Assembly: GCA_000004695.1 (NCBI GenBank)
Contig: CM000153.2
Location: 3,008,001-3,072,000 of the forward strand
Direction: 5' to 3'
DNA length: 64,000 nt
Source of the DNA: Dictyostelium discoideum
Lineage: Eukaryota
Shown here: positions 50,106 to 62,491 of the stretch, one piece after another
How positions within the stretch are numbered: the stretch's first letter is position 1
How the letters are laid out: the number at the start of each line of letters is the position of its first letter
Position numbers and translations under genes: made by a program
The notes under the pieces: generated by a model
What the model was told of the DNA's origin: nothing
What the model saw: only the letters and a program-made list of their open reading frames with translations
The model's database searches: none

Positions 50106-52463
50106 TTAATGAGAACAAGTTGCAGCATATTCGCAGCAATCATTGCATAAATCTTTTGGACTTTTTTCAAGTTTAAATGATACACATTTTAGACCTTGTG
50201 ATTGACAATTTAAATCATAACATGATAGACAATTTGTTTTGAGACAAATGGCATTATTTTCAAAATTATAACAACCTTCTCCTTTTCCACATTTTTTATT
50301 ATAGCATTTATCATATGGTAGTGATGATGTTGTTACTCCTGATGTTGAAGACAAAGTTGAGGATAGAGTTGAAGATAAAGTTGTTGCTAATGTTGAAGAT
50401 AAAGTTGATGAAATGGTTGAAATTAGTGTCGAGGAAACATCAGTAGATACAGCTGTCAAAGATATGGTTGAGCCAAATGTTGAAGCTATAGTTGAAGCAA
50501 GGGTAGTTGCTATTGTTGAAGCAATTGTTCCTTCATCAGATACTGGGCTTGTGGATATTGTTGATGCTAATGAAATTGGGATTTCACTAACTGTTTGTGG
50601 TGGTGTTGTTGGTGTTCCTGTTGTTTGCGATGTTGTTGTTGTGGTTGTTGTTGAAGTCAAACCAATAGTTGAACCTATTGTTGAAGCAATTGTTGAGCCC
50701 AAAGTTGAAGCAGTTGTTATATCAATATCACTAGAACTTTCTTGATTACTTGAGTTTTCAATTGAAGAACTACCACAATCAATAATTTCAGAATAAACAC
50801 ATTGTCCATTTGATATATCACATTGTCCAACTATACAAGGGTTAATATGAGTACAATTAACAGGTTTAACTATACAAAGGCCTAGAAGAAAAGGATCACA
50901 CTCTTGAATTTCACATGGGTTTGATGAAATACAAGCTGAACTATCACATGGAATACAATTTGGAATAAAAGTATTTACGCACCCAACAGGAGGATCACAT
51001 TCATCTATTGTGCAGGGATTAGAATCATCACATGAAATATCAGTTGAAACACAACCTTGATAAAGATGACACTCTTGAGAAACACATAAATTTCCAGGAT
51101 ACTCTTCTGTACAATTGAATTCATTATGTTGACAATTAAATTCATCAATACATATACCTTTTTCACAAAAATATTCATCAGTTGGACACTGTGGACTACC
51201 TTCAAAACATCTACATGCTTTTGTTTAATTGAAAAAATTTAATTTATAAATATTTTTGTAAATTACTTGGAAAAGTTTTTTTTTTTTTTTTTTTTTTTTT
51301 TACTACTTACATGAACCATCACCATAACAAACACCACAATCATCAAAATAATCACAATTTAGTGGATACTCTGATTTAATTCTTGAGTTTTTTATTAAAA
51401 AAGAGAGCAGTTTTAAAATAAATAAAATATAATAAAGTAAAAAAAAATAAAAAAAACTTTACATACTCAAAATAATGAATGTTTGGTCTATATTTTCTAT
51501 TACAATTAATGATTGAAGTTTGGATTGGCTCACCACCCCCACCAAAATCTGTTAGTAGAAATCCAACATCTCTGTATTCTACAATTCCAAGATATTCAGA
51601 TACAGGTCTTCCATTAACATAAACGAATAAATCATCAGAGTGACTAATAGAAACAAAGGTTGATTGATGTATTGTGGGGATAATTGTAAAGAAATCAAAA
51701 CGAATACACCATTTATAATTATGATCCAATCCTTCATTACCAAATCCCGCATAGTCAACTTTTAAATTAAAATATTAAATGATAATAGTAAAGAAAAAAA
51801 AAAAAAAAAAAAAAAAAAACTTATTAATATGTTAAAAAATAAAATAAAATAATAATTATTATATACTTACTTGGGAAAAAACTGGGACTGCCAAAATAAT
51901 GGCCATCAAAATACATATTACCATGCCCAGGGTAATTTACCAGAGGATCTTCTTCTGTAATCCATGATATTAAAGTGGTTTGATTATGTATCTAAATTAT
52001 TTTAATGGTTTTAATATAAAAACAATAAAATTATAATATAATGCATAAAAAAAAAAATAAAAAAATAAAATTACCAATTCATAAGTATTTGTATCATCTA
52101 ATGTTGGTTGACTACCTAGTGAATAATCTAAACCCAATCCAAATGGACCCCATACTGGAAAAGTATTGGATTGAAAGGTGAAAGTGTTATCAGGAACTAA
52201 ATTCTTATCAAAGTCTATGTTTCTATCAGATTGATCAAAATACAAAAATTCTACATTTTGTGACAAAACTATTTTTTTATAAAAAAGTATTTATAATTAT
52301 TGATTTAATATATTATTCTTTATTTTGTTTCCTCAATCTAATTTGATTTATTTTTATTTTCATTTTTATTTTTGGAATAAAGAAGAAATTGATATTTACC
52401 ATTTATTACAAATAAAATTTGAACAAATATAATTATGATCAAGTTTTTATTTATTATAACCAT
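50106..52463 (-). CDS. Secreted PA14-domain protein with Cys-rich EGF-like repeats and a Ser/Thr-rich mucin-like region (Psi-family-like). About 6 exons.
   Basis: Exon 1 is a signal peptide (MVIINKNLIIIIFVQILFVIN, donor G|GTAAAT at 52400). The PA14 region spans exons 2-4: ...WGPFGLGLDYSLGSQPTLDDTNTYEL | IHNQTTLISWITEEDPLVNYPGHGNMYFDGHYFGSPSFFPK | VDYAGFGNEGLDHNYKWCIRFDFFTIIPTIHQSTFVSISHSDDLFVYVNGRPV...GGGGEPIQTSIINCNR. A Cys-rich body follows (CRCFEGSPQCPTDEYFCEKGICIDEFNCQHNEFNC...CIPCDSSACISSNPCEIQECDPF...). The T/S-rich run is STIASTIGSTIGLTSTTTTTTTSQTT. The C-terminus is cysteine-rich. Confidence 0.55.
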
Positions 52464-52788
52464 TTTATTATTTATATATTAATAAAATAATTATTTATAT
52501 ATATTAATAAAATAATAATTATTTTTTTTGTGGGTAAAAAAAAAAAAAAAAACTTCCATATATTTACCCCATTTTCAATATCTTGTAAAAACACCTTTTG
52601 CTCTGAAAATTAAATAAAAAAGAAATCAATGTAAATATATATATATTCCCCCCATTTCAAAAAAAAAAAAAAAAAAAAATTATTTACCACTATCAATAAT
52701 ATTATTTTGTTTGTTTGATTTGCCAATATCTTTTAGTGTTTTATTTAATTAAATTAATTTATGATTTAATTAATTATCTTTTTTCTAG

Positions 52789-52827
<39 letters not shown>

Positions 52828-52849
52828 AGTTAATTAAAGTATTAATAGT

Positions 52850-53630
52850 TTAATTTATTTCTTTTTGATTTTGTTGTGGTTGTTTTGAAGGATTCTTTTG
52901 TTTTTTTACTTTTCTAAAGACAGTAGTAGTAGTGGTGGTGGTGTTGCTGTTGTTGGTAATATCAGATTCATCATTATCTTCAATATTGTCATTATCTTTT
53001 ATTAATAAATTACTTTTATTATTATTTGATTGTTGCCAAACTCTTGGATCGAATTTATTTACAGTTTCAACATCTAATTGAAGATTAAAAGAGTTTTTAG
53101 TTTTACCAGATGATAAATCGACACCCACCGAATCCAAACCATAAACATTTGCAACTGCTAAAACACTACCTTTTCCACAGAATGGGTCAATGATAGTTGT
53201 TGAACCAATAGAACGACAATAAAGTATTGCAATTACACAAGCATTTAAACCCATAGCTTTTGACCAAACCATTGAACCTCTACCACCAATATCTGGTGTA
53301 TTCTCTTGATATTTGATATTGGTTGGATTCTTTGAAAAACAAATCATATGAGTGAATGTTGCTTTATTATTTGAAATGTTACTATGTGCTGTCATAATCT
53401 TATGCCAAATGACTTTACAACCTGATATCTCTGCTCCTTTTTGTGCTAAATATCCTTTATCAACATATTCTTCAATTATACCTCTATCCATTTTCCATTT
53501 TTTTTTAATATCAGTTTGATAAACAATTGCAACATTTTTTTCATCTAACTAAAAATAATTAAAAATTAGTTATAAGTATATATTAAAAAAAGGTTTTTTT
53601 TTTTTTTTTTTTTTTTTTAATTAAACTATG

Positions 53631-53702
<72 letters not shown>

Positions 53703-53980
53703 TATATATATATATATATATTTATAAAATACCTTTGAAGTAATTAAAGAAACAGTATCAGTGAACCATTGTTTATATTGTTCTAAATTCATACTTGATA
53801 CTTCACTTATATCAGGTAATGAAGTAATAACACTTGATTGTGGTGAAATTTCATTTTCCTTTAACCATTGTACTGCATCCATACAATAAATATCTCTATA
53901 AACACCAACTCTATCTAAAATACCATTCTTTTTATTTAATTCTAATGATTCTGCTGTAATTTCTTCATCTTTATTATTAC

Positions 53981-54058
<78 letters not shown>

Positions 54059-54356
54059 TATTATTTTCATTTTCATTTTGTTGTTGGTTTGAAATATCAT
54101 CAGTACCTGCTCCTAAATGATTGAATTGAGTTTGTTTTGACTTAGCACCAAAATATCTTTCTAAAATGATGTATTTCTTCATAAAATCTTTTTCTTCTTT
54201 TAAATTTAAAACAAACGGTTTATTTTTATTTATTTTATTTTTATTTTTATTTGTTATTGTTGTATTTTTTAAATTTTCTTCATTATTTGAACAATCATTG
54301 TTTGAAGCTATTGTTTCACTAATGTTATCATTATCTGTATTTTGGTCTTTATCCAT
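52850..54356 (-). CDS. Protein with the domain order of a beta-class (N4/N6) amino-methyltransferase. The catalytic-motif region lies N-terminal and the SAM-binding motif I lies near the C-terminus. Two exons: 54356-53733 and 53547-52850.
   Basis: The C-terminal motif I is TTIIDPFCGKGSVLAVANVYGLDSVGVDLS, which matches VLDPFAGSGTT..A...GR..IGIEL of the DNA methylase N-4/N-6 family. Upstream, IYCMDAVQWLKENEISPQSSVITSLPDISE occupies the place of the ...DLIxTDPPY catalytic motif, but reads SLPD rather than (D/N/S)PPY. A poly-N linker of about 40 residues is present. The donor is AAG|GTATTT (53733/53732), the intron contains (ATA)n/(TA)n, and the acceptor is ttag|TTAGATG (53547). Confidence 0.45.
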
Positions 54357-54766
54357 TTTATTTTATTTTTTTTCTAATTATAATTTTTTGTTTTTAAAAA
54401 AAAAAAAGTTGATAAAAAAAAAAAAAAAAAAAAAAAAAGGCTAAGGAAAAAAAAGTTGAAAAAAAAAAAAAAGTTAAGAAAAAAAGAAAAAAGTTGAAAA
54501 AAAAAAAAAAAATGGAAAAAGGAGAAAATATAAATAATCATAACTATTTATTATATAAATAATGAAATTAGTATTCAACAATAACTACAACCAATGCGGA
54601 GAATAATAAAAATATAACACTAACCTGTCATTTTAAGAAACAATTCCATTATCCCTAATTTTAAAACTTTTTGTCATTGTTTTTTTCTTTTTTTTTTTTT
54701 TTTTTTTTTTGGAAAAAATAAATTTGGAATGGTTAAAATCAAATTGTGTTTTAATTTTTTTTAAAT

Positions 54767-55831
54767 TTAAAATAACCAATACAAATTAATGATGAAAATA
54801 ATACTTACAGGTAACCTAGTTGATTTTTCGATATAAATTGATCTTTCTTCATTTTCATCATCATTATATTGATGATTAATCATTAATTGATGATTTGGTA
54901 CCATTGACCAAGCTTCACCTAGAGCGGCTTTATTATCAAAACTATTACCACCAACTGTATTATTTGTAATTAGAAATATGATTTGATAAGTGTCTGCTAT
55001 ATATTTAATTAATCTTGAAATCATCATCATTGTATAATGACCTTGAGTTTGTTTACCACCAATTATTGGTGCTAATAATGTACCAATTGAATCTATAACA
55101 ACCATTTTTAAACCTTTATAAAATTGATTTTCAAATGTTGGTATTTCATCTGAAATTATACTCAATGTACTATCGATTGTACTTAATAATTCTAATAATG
55201 TTATTGAATCAAAACAATTGAATACTTTAATTCTATCTAAAATTTTTAAAATTTTATCTTGTTCAATTTTATCATTATTTTCTTGTTGCTTTTGATGTTG
55301 TTTTTGTTGTTGTTTTTGTTGTTGTTTTTGTCGTTGTTTTATTAAATAATTTGATTTAAAAATTTCAATTAATCTTGGTGGTGAAAATGAATTTGAACTA
55401 TCAATATAAATTATATTTGAATTATATTGTTGTGATAAATTTAAAGAACAACACATTGAAATTTGAGTTTTACCACATGATGTATTACCAACCAATTCAT
55501 AGATTTCACCACTTGTAAAACCATTACCACCTAATAATTGATCTAATAATTTAATACCACTTGAATAATGTGTTTTAAATTCTTTAACATCTAAATAATG
55601 TTGGTATCCATTTATTGGTACTGATGAAAATAATCTTTGTAAATTTCTTTGTATTAAAGTAACAGTTTCAATTGGTATAGATGTATTCCTTTGAATTTGA
55701 TATGCATCTGAAAATAATATTAAATCAATCATTGGATATCCATTATTTTCAAATTTAATTACATTATCTTCGCTTAAACATTGTGTTTGATAAAATCTAA
55801 CTTCTAGTCCTGATATACTTTCTTCTTCCAT
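54767..55831 (-). CDS. RAD51 paralog (RecA-like ATPase; RAD51D/XRCC2-like).
   Basis: Walker A lies within LLGGNGFTSGEIYELVGNTSCGKTQISMCCSL, which matches RAD51D [22 protein letters not shown]. Walker B is a hydrophobic stretch ending in D (KMVVIDSIGTLLAP). The ORF tail runs ...STRLP followed by GTAAGT at about 54805, which suggests a short additional 3' exon (about 54590-54650). A (KQQQ)n insert is present. Confidence 0.55.
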   Translation of the reverse strand: MEEESISGLEVRFYQTQCLSEDNVIKFENNGYPMIDLILFSDAYQIQRNTSIPIETVTLIQRNLQRLFSSVPINGYQHYLDVKEFKTHYSSGIKLLDQLLGGNGFTSGEIYELVGNTSCGKTQISMCCSLNLSQQYNSNIIYIDSSNSFSPPRLIEIFKSNYLIKQRQKQQQKQQQKQHQKQQENNDKIEQDKILKILDRIKVFNCFDSITLLELLSTIDSTLSIISDEIPTFENQFYKGLKMVVIDSIGTLLAPIIGGKQTQGHYTMMMISRLIKYIADTYQIIFLITNNTVGGNSFDNKAALGEAWSMVPNHQLMINHQYNDDENEERSIYIEKSTRLPVSIIFIINLYWLF

Positions 55832-56117
55832 TTTAATTTAATTATTAATTGTTATTATATATGTGAATGTTAATTTTAGTTTTAGTACAACCAAAAAAAT
55901 AAAAAAAAAAATAAAAAGGAAAATTCATAAAAAAAAAAAAAAAAAAAAGAAAATTAATAAAAAAAAAAATAAAAAATTTGGAAATCTAAAAATTCTTTGA
56001 AATTATTTTTTTTTTTTTTAACTTATTTTATTTACACGAATCTATTTTTATATTTTTGTATTTATTTTTTTATTTATTTTTTTTTTTTTTTTTTTAATGT
56101 TTTAAAGAATTTCAAAT

Positions 56118-56901
56118 TTATTTACCACCATTATGTTGATAAGCTTGGTAATCGAATTTTTCTTTCTCAAATTGAGCTTCTAATAATTTACCATTTTCTT
56201 CCATTCTTGCATTCTTTGTTAAATGACCAACTTTTTCTTTGAGAATACCTTTAACATGTTTAACTTGAGATGGTTTATGAGGTTCAACATAATGATCACC
56301 AGTCTTGGCAGCATTTGTTTTTGTACCCATTCTAGAGGTATCATTTAATGTTGATGCATTTGCAGCAGTTGGATTAGTGGAAGCAGTTGTTGAAGTTGGT
56401 TTTAATGGAGCATTTGTAGTATTAGCAGTTGTTGAAGTTGGTTTTAATGGAGCATTTGTAGTGTTAGCGGTTGTTGTATTATTTGCAGATGTACCTAATG
56501 GCTTGGCAGTTGCCTTATCAGTTGGATGAACCTTTTCTTTAATTCTATCGAATAAAGTTGGTTCTTTAAAGTCTACCTTTTTCAAATGACCTTTTTGGTT
56601 AGCCAATTGAGTACTTAATGGACCTTTGGATGTATCGTTTAATGGATATCTTGTAACTGGTGGTAATGGTGGAGCTGTTGGAATATTGGTTGACATTGGA
56701 ACTGAACCACTTGAAAGATTATCAGTACTATTCCATTTTGGTGCATCTCCTGGAATTTCAGTCTTTGTTTCTCTTACTGTTGTAAAACTTGAATTATCTG
56801 GGAATTGTTTTTCTTCCCAAACTTTTTTTTAAAAAAAAAAAAAAAATAAAAAAATATATAAATTTTAGTATTTTTTCAAATTTTAATTAATTGTTTAGAG
56901 A

Positions 56902-56932
<31 letters not shown>

Positions 56933-57109
56933 CAAAAATTTAAAATTAAATTACCTTTTTCAGTTTTAATAATTTTTTCATTTGCCATTAAAGGTTTTGG
57001 TGAAGTTTCAACAGCAGTTGAAAAAATGTTTGGTGAATTTGTTGGTTGGTATACAAAAGTATTACCTTGTTCTTTTGCAACTTTATATTGTGATGTCATT
57101 TTTAAAAAA
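56118..57109 (-). CDS. Pro/Thr-rich protein with a WH2-like (LKKV) motif, making it a candidate actin-binding protein. Two exons: 57109-about 56945 and about 56823-56118.
   Basis: Exon 1 reads MTSQYKVAKEQGNTFVYQPTNSPNIF...ANEKIIKTEK, with donor G|GTAATT. Exon 2 reads VWEEKQFPDNSS...TAPPLPPVTRYPLNDTSKGPLSTQLANQKGHLKKVDFKEPTLFDRIKE. This resembles a WH2 consensus (L..I..G..LKKV). A duplicated TTANTTNAPLKPTSTTA unit and a basic C-terminus are also present. Confidence 0.4.
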
Positions 57110-57809
57110 TATTTATTTACAAATTATCTTTTTAATATTTATTTCAATAAAAAAAATGAATTGGAAATTTAAATTAATATTTTTTTTTTCTTTTTAAACT
57201 TTTTTTTTTTCTCTTTTTTTTTGTTTAGATTAAAAAAAAGATTGATTTTTCTTTCTCTTTTTAAAAAAAAAATCCTTTTATGAAAGTATTAGATTATAAT
57301 TATAATAATATCTAAAAAAGGAAAAAAAAGGAAAAATAAAAAAACAATAAAAAAAAAATTAAAAATAAAAAAATAAAAATAAAAAAAATTAGTTTTGTTT
57401 TAAATTAATTAAAAAAAAAAAAAATAAAAATAAAAATAAAAACAAAAATAAAAATTATTTTTAGATCTTTTTTTTTTTTATAATAATTTAAGTAATTTCA
57501 ATTATCATTTTAAAAAAAAAAAAAAAATAAATAAAAAAAATAAAAAAAATGAAAAAGTTCTAAAAAGAAAGAAGTTCATTATTTGAAATAATGAGTATGA
57601 GATAATTTATATATTTTTTTTTTTTTAAATTTTTTATTTATTTTTTTTTTTTTTTTTATTATTTACTTTTATTTATTTTTATTTTTTATTTTTTTTTTTT
57701 ATTTTTTTAAAAAAAGGTTTTATAAAAGGATTTAGTTTTTTTTTTTTTGTTTTTTTTTTTTGTTTTTTTTTCTGTTTAATTTTTTTTTTTTTTTGTTTTT
57801 TTTTTTTAA

Positions 57810-58424
57810 TCAAGGATTCAATGGTACAATTGGTTGATGAGATATTTCAGAAGAATTCGATTGTTGGGGACTTGTAGTTCCTAAATTATTGCTATTATTA
57901 TTGCTAGTAGGTAATGGTGGTGATACTACTGGTGGTACAACAGACGAAGCATTAGTTGGTAGGATTGGAGAGGAATTTGGCATTGGTTGATTTGGTGACA
58001 CTCCTCCTGTACCATTGAGATTGGTATTGGTATTTATGATACCACCTTGAGGTATTTGTGTATAACCGGTTAAACCCTCTTGTTTAATGGTTGGTGAACT
58101 ATGAGTTGGTGAAGATCCCATTTGTTGTTGAAGTTGTTGAGCTTGTTGTTGTTGTTGTTGAGCTTGTTGCATTTGTTGGAATTGCATTAATTGTTGTGGT
58201 GTATATTGAGGTTGTTGTTGTTGTTGTTGTTGTTGTGGTTGTTGCATTTGTTGTAATTGAGGTTGTTGTAATTGTTGCTGTTGTAATTGTTGTTGTTGTA
58301 ATTGTTGTTGTTGTAATTGTTGTTGTTGTAATTGTTGTTGTTGTAATTGTTGAACTTGTTGTTGGTGTTGTTGTTGTAAGTGTTGTTGTTGTTGTGGTTG
58401 TTGTTGTTGTTGTTGTTGTTGTGG

Positions 58425-58473
<49 letters not shown>

Positions 58474-58543
58474 GGTTGTTGTTGTTGTGAGTTACCACTA
58501 TTATTTGAAGAGGTAATTTGTTGTTTTATTGGTATATCACCCA

Positions 58544-58578
<35 letters not shown>

Positions 58579-59048
58579 GCTTGTTCACTTCCTGGTGTAT
58601 TTGTAGCCATTTTGAAGTCACATTCTACTCTGGTATCTCTGATTGAAATGATGAATGTAACTTTTTGATATTCATGTATGGCGACGTCTGCAGGATTGTT
58701 TGAATCCTTTTTCTCAACCTTTTTTTTAACCCATTCTTTACCACTTGAAAGTGTTGGAAAACCAGATCTAGCATTAAAAGTAAAGTATAAATGTTGTACC
58801 ATAACTTTTTCATTATTAATAAAGGCTGGACGCTCTTTGGTATAGCTTCTCCAATATCTAAAGGTAGAGAAATGCTCTCTAAACAATTCTACTGGTAAAC
58901 AACCTAACGGTACACCTTTAACTGTTTTTCCAAATCCATTCTCTAAACGATCTTGAAGAATGGTATGTGCCACCTCTAGAAACTCTTGTAATCTAATTTG
59001 TTTATAAAGTGTTGTAAAATAACTTCTATCAATTAATTGATCATCCAT
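57810..59048 (-). CDS. Gln-rich nuclear-type protein with a conserved roughly 150-aa N-terminal domain. Function unknown.
   Basis: The N-terminus (MDDQLIDRSYFTTLYKQIRLQEFLEVAHTILQDRLENGFGKTVKGVPLGCLPVELFREHFSTFRYWRSY...VAIHEYQKVTFIISIRDTRVECDFKMA) has normal complexity. About 200 residues of Q/QQQL repeats follow, encoded by (CAA/CAG)n. The tail is P/S/T-rich. Confidence 0.45.
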
Positions 59049-59062
59049 TATTTCTCTCTCTT

Positions 59063-59094
<32 letters not shown>

Positions 59095-59166
59095 TTTTTT
59101 CTTCTTTTTTAATATTTTATATTTCTTTTTTTTTTTTTTTTTTTACTTTTATTAATTATTTAATTG

Positions 59167-59202
<36 letters not shown>

Positions 59203-59294
59203 CGAGACCTTTTTTTATATTATTTGTTTAAGCTTGGTAGAGTAAAATTGATTTTTAAAAAAAAAAAAAAGGATGGAAGGGATGAAAATTTAAA

Positions 59295-59330
<36 letters not shown>

Positions 59331-60069
59331 TAATTTTTTTTTTTTTTTTTTTAATTTTTTAAAAAAAAAATTATATGCAAGAAAAAAAAAAGAAATGTTA
59401 GTAAAATATATAGTAAACTATTATATAAAATTAAATATTCATTGCATTTTTTAAAAAAAAAAAATTTAAAAATGAAAAATAAAAAATAAAAAAAAAAAAA
59501 AAAAAAAGGTAATAGGGTGGTTTTTAATTTAATTATTAAAGAAAGAAAATTAATAAAGAAATAGAAATAAATTTATAAAGAAATTCTTTATATAAATTTT
59601 TTAAAAAAAAAAAAAAACAATTCCTCTTTATTTTTTTTTATTATATTTTAAGAAAAAAAAAAAAAAACAAATTAAAGTAAAAATATTGCAATTTTCATAG
59701 AGTATTTAATTTAATATTAAATTTACCTTTTTTTTTTAATTTTTTTTTTTTTTTAAATAAATTAACAAAAAAAAATAAATAAAAATAACAAAAAAAAAAA
59801 AAAAATAAAATTTGTTTTTTCAATTTTTTCAATTTTTTTTTTTTTTTTTTTTAATTTTTTTTTTTAAAAATTTTTTTTGGGTTTAACGGCCATAAAAAAA
59901 AAAATTAAAAAAAATTAAAAAAAAAATTTGAAAAAAAAAAAAAAATTTGAAAAATTTCAAAAAAAAAAATTAAAAAAAATTAAAAAATTAAAAAAAAAAA
60001 AAAATGTTGTATAGAGTATTTTATATCACATTCAAATACTTATAAAAAAAAAAGAAAAATTCAAAAAAA

Positions 60070-60424
60070 ATGAGCAAACGAAGTGGAAGAGACGAATCCA
60101 TTGTTCCTTCATCATTTAAACACGCAAGAGCATGTACTGAATGTGGTCTTGTTAAATCAGCTCAACAATTTGAAGATAATGGTTGTGAAAATTGTTCATC
60201 ATCATCTTCATCAACAACTCAAAACTTTGAAGGGTAATTTATTATTTATTTTATTTTTATTATTATTTTTATTATTTAAATAAATTCTAACTTTTTATTT
60301 ATTTATTTTTAGTATTATTGCCATTATGAACCCAAAAGAAAGTTGGATTGCTAGAAGATTACAATTTGAAAGAAGAGTACCAGGTCTCTATGCATTAAGT
60401 ATGGATTCAGATACAAGAAGATAA
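60070..60424 (+). CDS. spt4: Transcription elongation factor SPT4 (a DSIF small subunit). Two exons: 60070-60233 and 60313-60424.
   Basis: The zinc-finger region ARACTECGLVKSAQQFEDNGCENC matches SPT4 [24 protein letters not shown]. The donor is GAAGG|GTAATT and the acceptor is ttttag|TATTATTGCC. The second exon (G)IIAIMNPKESWIARRLQFERRVPGLYALS matches SPT4 GIIAMMSPEDSWVSKWQRV..FKPGVYAVS. Confidence 0.8.
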
Positions 60425-60652
60425 AAAAAAAAAAAAAAAAACAATAATAATATTCATAAAATTTAAAACACAAATATGCGAAAATCCGACCCAACACTAG
60501 TTTATTCAAACCCCCACATTTTGTACATAATAAATACCCACACACCTCATACATAAATTTACAATTTACCAGATCCATTTTAATTAAAAAATGGATAAAT
60601 ACCATTACATAAACAAATAAATACAAATACAATAATAATCTTATTTTATTTT

Positions 60653-60758
<106 letters not shown>

Positions 60759-60984
60759 AAAAGAAAATAAAAAAACAAATAAAAAAGAATATCTTACTTG
60801 TTTTAAACAGTAATATTTTGTATTCCTAAAGAAAACACTTTTTTTTATTTATATTTTATGTACAATTTATTATTATTTTATTATTATTTTTAAAAAAAAA
60901 GAAAAAGAAATGAATGACATTCGATTACTATTATTGTTATTGTGGTTTTACATTCAGTGATTAAGCCCCTTTTTTTTTTTTTTT

Positions 60985-61280
60985 TTAACTTTTAATTGCT
61001 TTATAAAATATATTATAAGAATTATCTAAATCGAATAATAATTGCCTTGATTGATCATCATCCAATTCATCAGTTGCTTTCATTTGATTTAAAATTGAAA
61101 TCCAATTTTTAATTTTTTCTTTTCCTTCAAAAGTTGGACCTAACCATTGATTTTTATTTAAGCTTTCCATTAAATCACTTAAAAGTGGATAAATACCATC
61201 AACTGATACAAGTTTTAATCTAATTGAATCCATTGTTGTAATAAATAATTGTACTGCTTCAGCAACATTTCTATTTATAG

Positions 61281-61311
<31 letters not shown>

Positions 61312-61802
61312 TAAAAAAATAATAATTAGTAATTTGTTAATTTTAAAAAAGAAAGGAAGAAGGGGGAGAGAGAAAGAGAAATTAATATAATAATAATAAA
61401 AAACATACTTTGCCATTGCAGAATCAGTTGAAGATTCATTTGTATTATGTTCTAATGTTGATGGAAAACCTTTTATAACTAATCTATCAAAAGCTGCTTT
61501 ACAATTTAAATCATAATCTTTCATGAATTGACCAACATTTGAAACTTGATCCTTTAAGAGTGTTTGAGATGATTTAAATTGTGCAATTAATTTTGAACAT
61601 GCTGTTGTATAATCTTTTGGTGAAACATCATCACGAATATATGCTTTCTCTAAATGTTCTGTTACTTTAATGATTGAATATAACTCTGCTAAATTCTCAT
61701 ACATCTCTCTTTCAATATTATTATTAAATAATTTAACTTCTTTTATATTTTGAAAACTATTTTGACTCTTTAAATTTATCATATTTTCAAATTGTTTATT
61801 AC

Positions 61803-61845
<43 letters not shown>

Positions 61846-62104
61846 TGTACTATTATTATTATTATTATTATTAGTATTACTATTATTTAATGTTGGTGGA
61901 CCTCTAATTAATAATAATAAAAAAAAAAAAAAAAAAAAAAAGAATATTAAATTATTAGTAAAATAAAAGAATAAAAAAATAAAAAAATAAAGTTAAAATA
62001 AATGTATTTTTAACTTACAAAGGTGAGGATGATAAAGGACTATTATTAAATGAATAAGGAGGTGGTGGTTCACCAAAATTATTATTACTATTATTTATAT
62101 TCAT
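60985..62104 (-). CDS. vps28: Vacuolar protein sorting-associated protein 28 (an ESCRT-I subunit). Three exons: 62104-62019, 61903-61409 and 61270-60985.
   Basis: It aligns with human VPS28: EVKLFNNNIEREMYENLAELYSIIKVTEHLEKAYIRDDVSPKDYTTACSKLIAQFK matches [56 protein letters not shown]. The C-terminal NVAEAVQLFITTMDSIRLKL...DELDDDQSRQLLFDLDNSYNIFYKAI matches CIADVVSLFITVMDKLRLEI...DELDDSQVRQMLFDLESAYNAFNRFL. An N-rich/P-rich N-terminal extension is present. Donors are TT|GTAAGT and AA|GTATGT. Confidence 0.85.
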
Positions 62105-62130
62105 TCTCTGTAGTTTTTAATATTGTTATT

Positions 62131-62162
<32 letters not shown>

Positions 62163-62353
62163 GGGCAAAATAAAATTAAAAAAAAAAAAAAAAAAAAAAA
62201 TAAATAAATAAAAATAAAAAATAAAAATTCACACAAAGGCTGTCACATTTTTTTTTTTTTTTTTTTTGGATATCCAAAAAACCAAAAAATTCAAGTTTTT
62301 TATTTTTATTTTATTTTTTATTTCTTATATTTTTAAATTATTAAATTATCCAT

Positions 62354-62435
62354 CTAATTGGAAATATAATTATTATCATGTAAATCAGCAGTATTACTAT
62401 TATTGTTGATATCTTCGTTATTATTATTATTATTA

Positions 62436-62491
<56 letters not shown>

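Noticed and set aside
50413-50745. Plus-strand 110-aa ORF rich in Val/Glu/Ala.
   Set aside because: It is antisense to the Ser/Thr-rich mucin-like segment of the PA14-domain gene.
58091-58516. Plus-strand poly-Val ORF and minus-strand poly-Asn ORF (58187-58498).
   Set aside because: They are antisense or off-frame readings of the (CAA)n/(CAG)n Q-rich region of gene 57810-59048.
60351-60632. Minus-strand 93-aa ORF downstream of spt4.
   Set aside because: It is antisense to spt4 exon 2 and 3' UTR, with hydrophobic low-complexity sequence. No splice or homology support.
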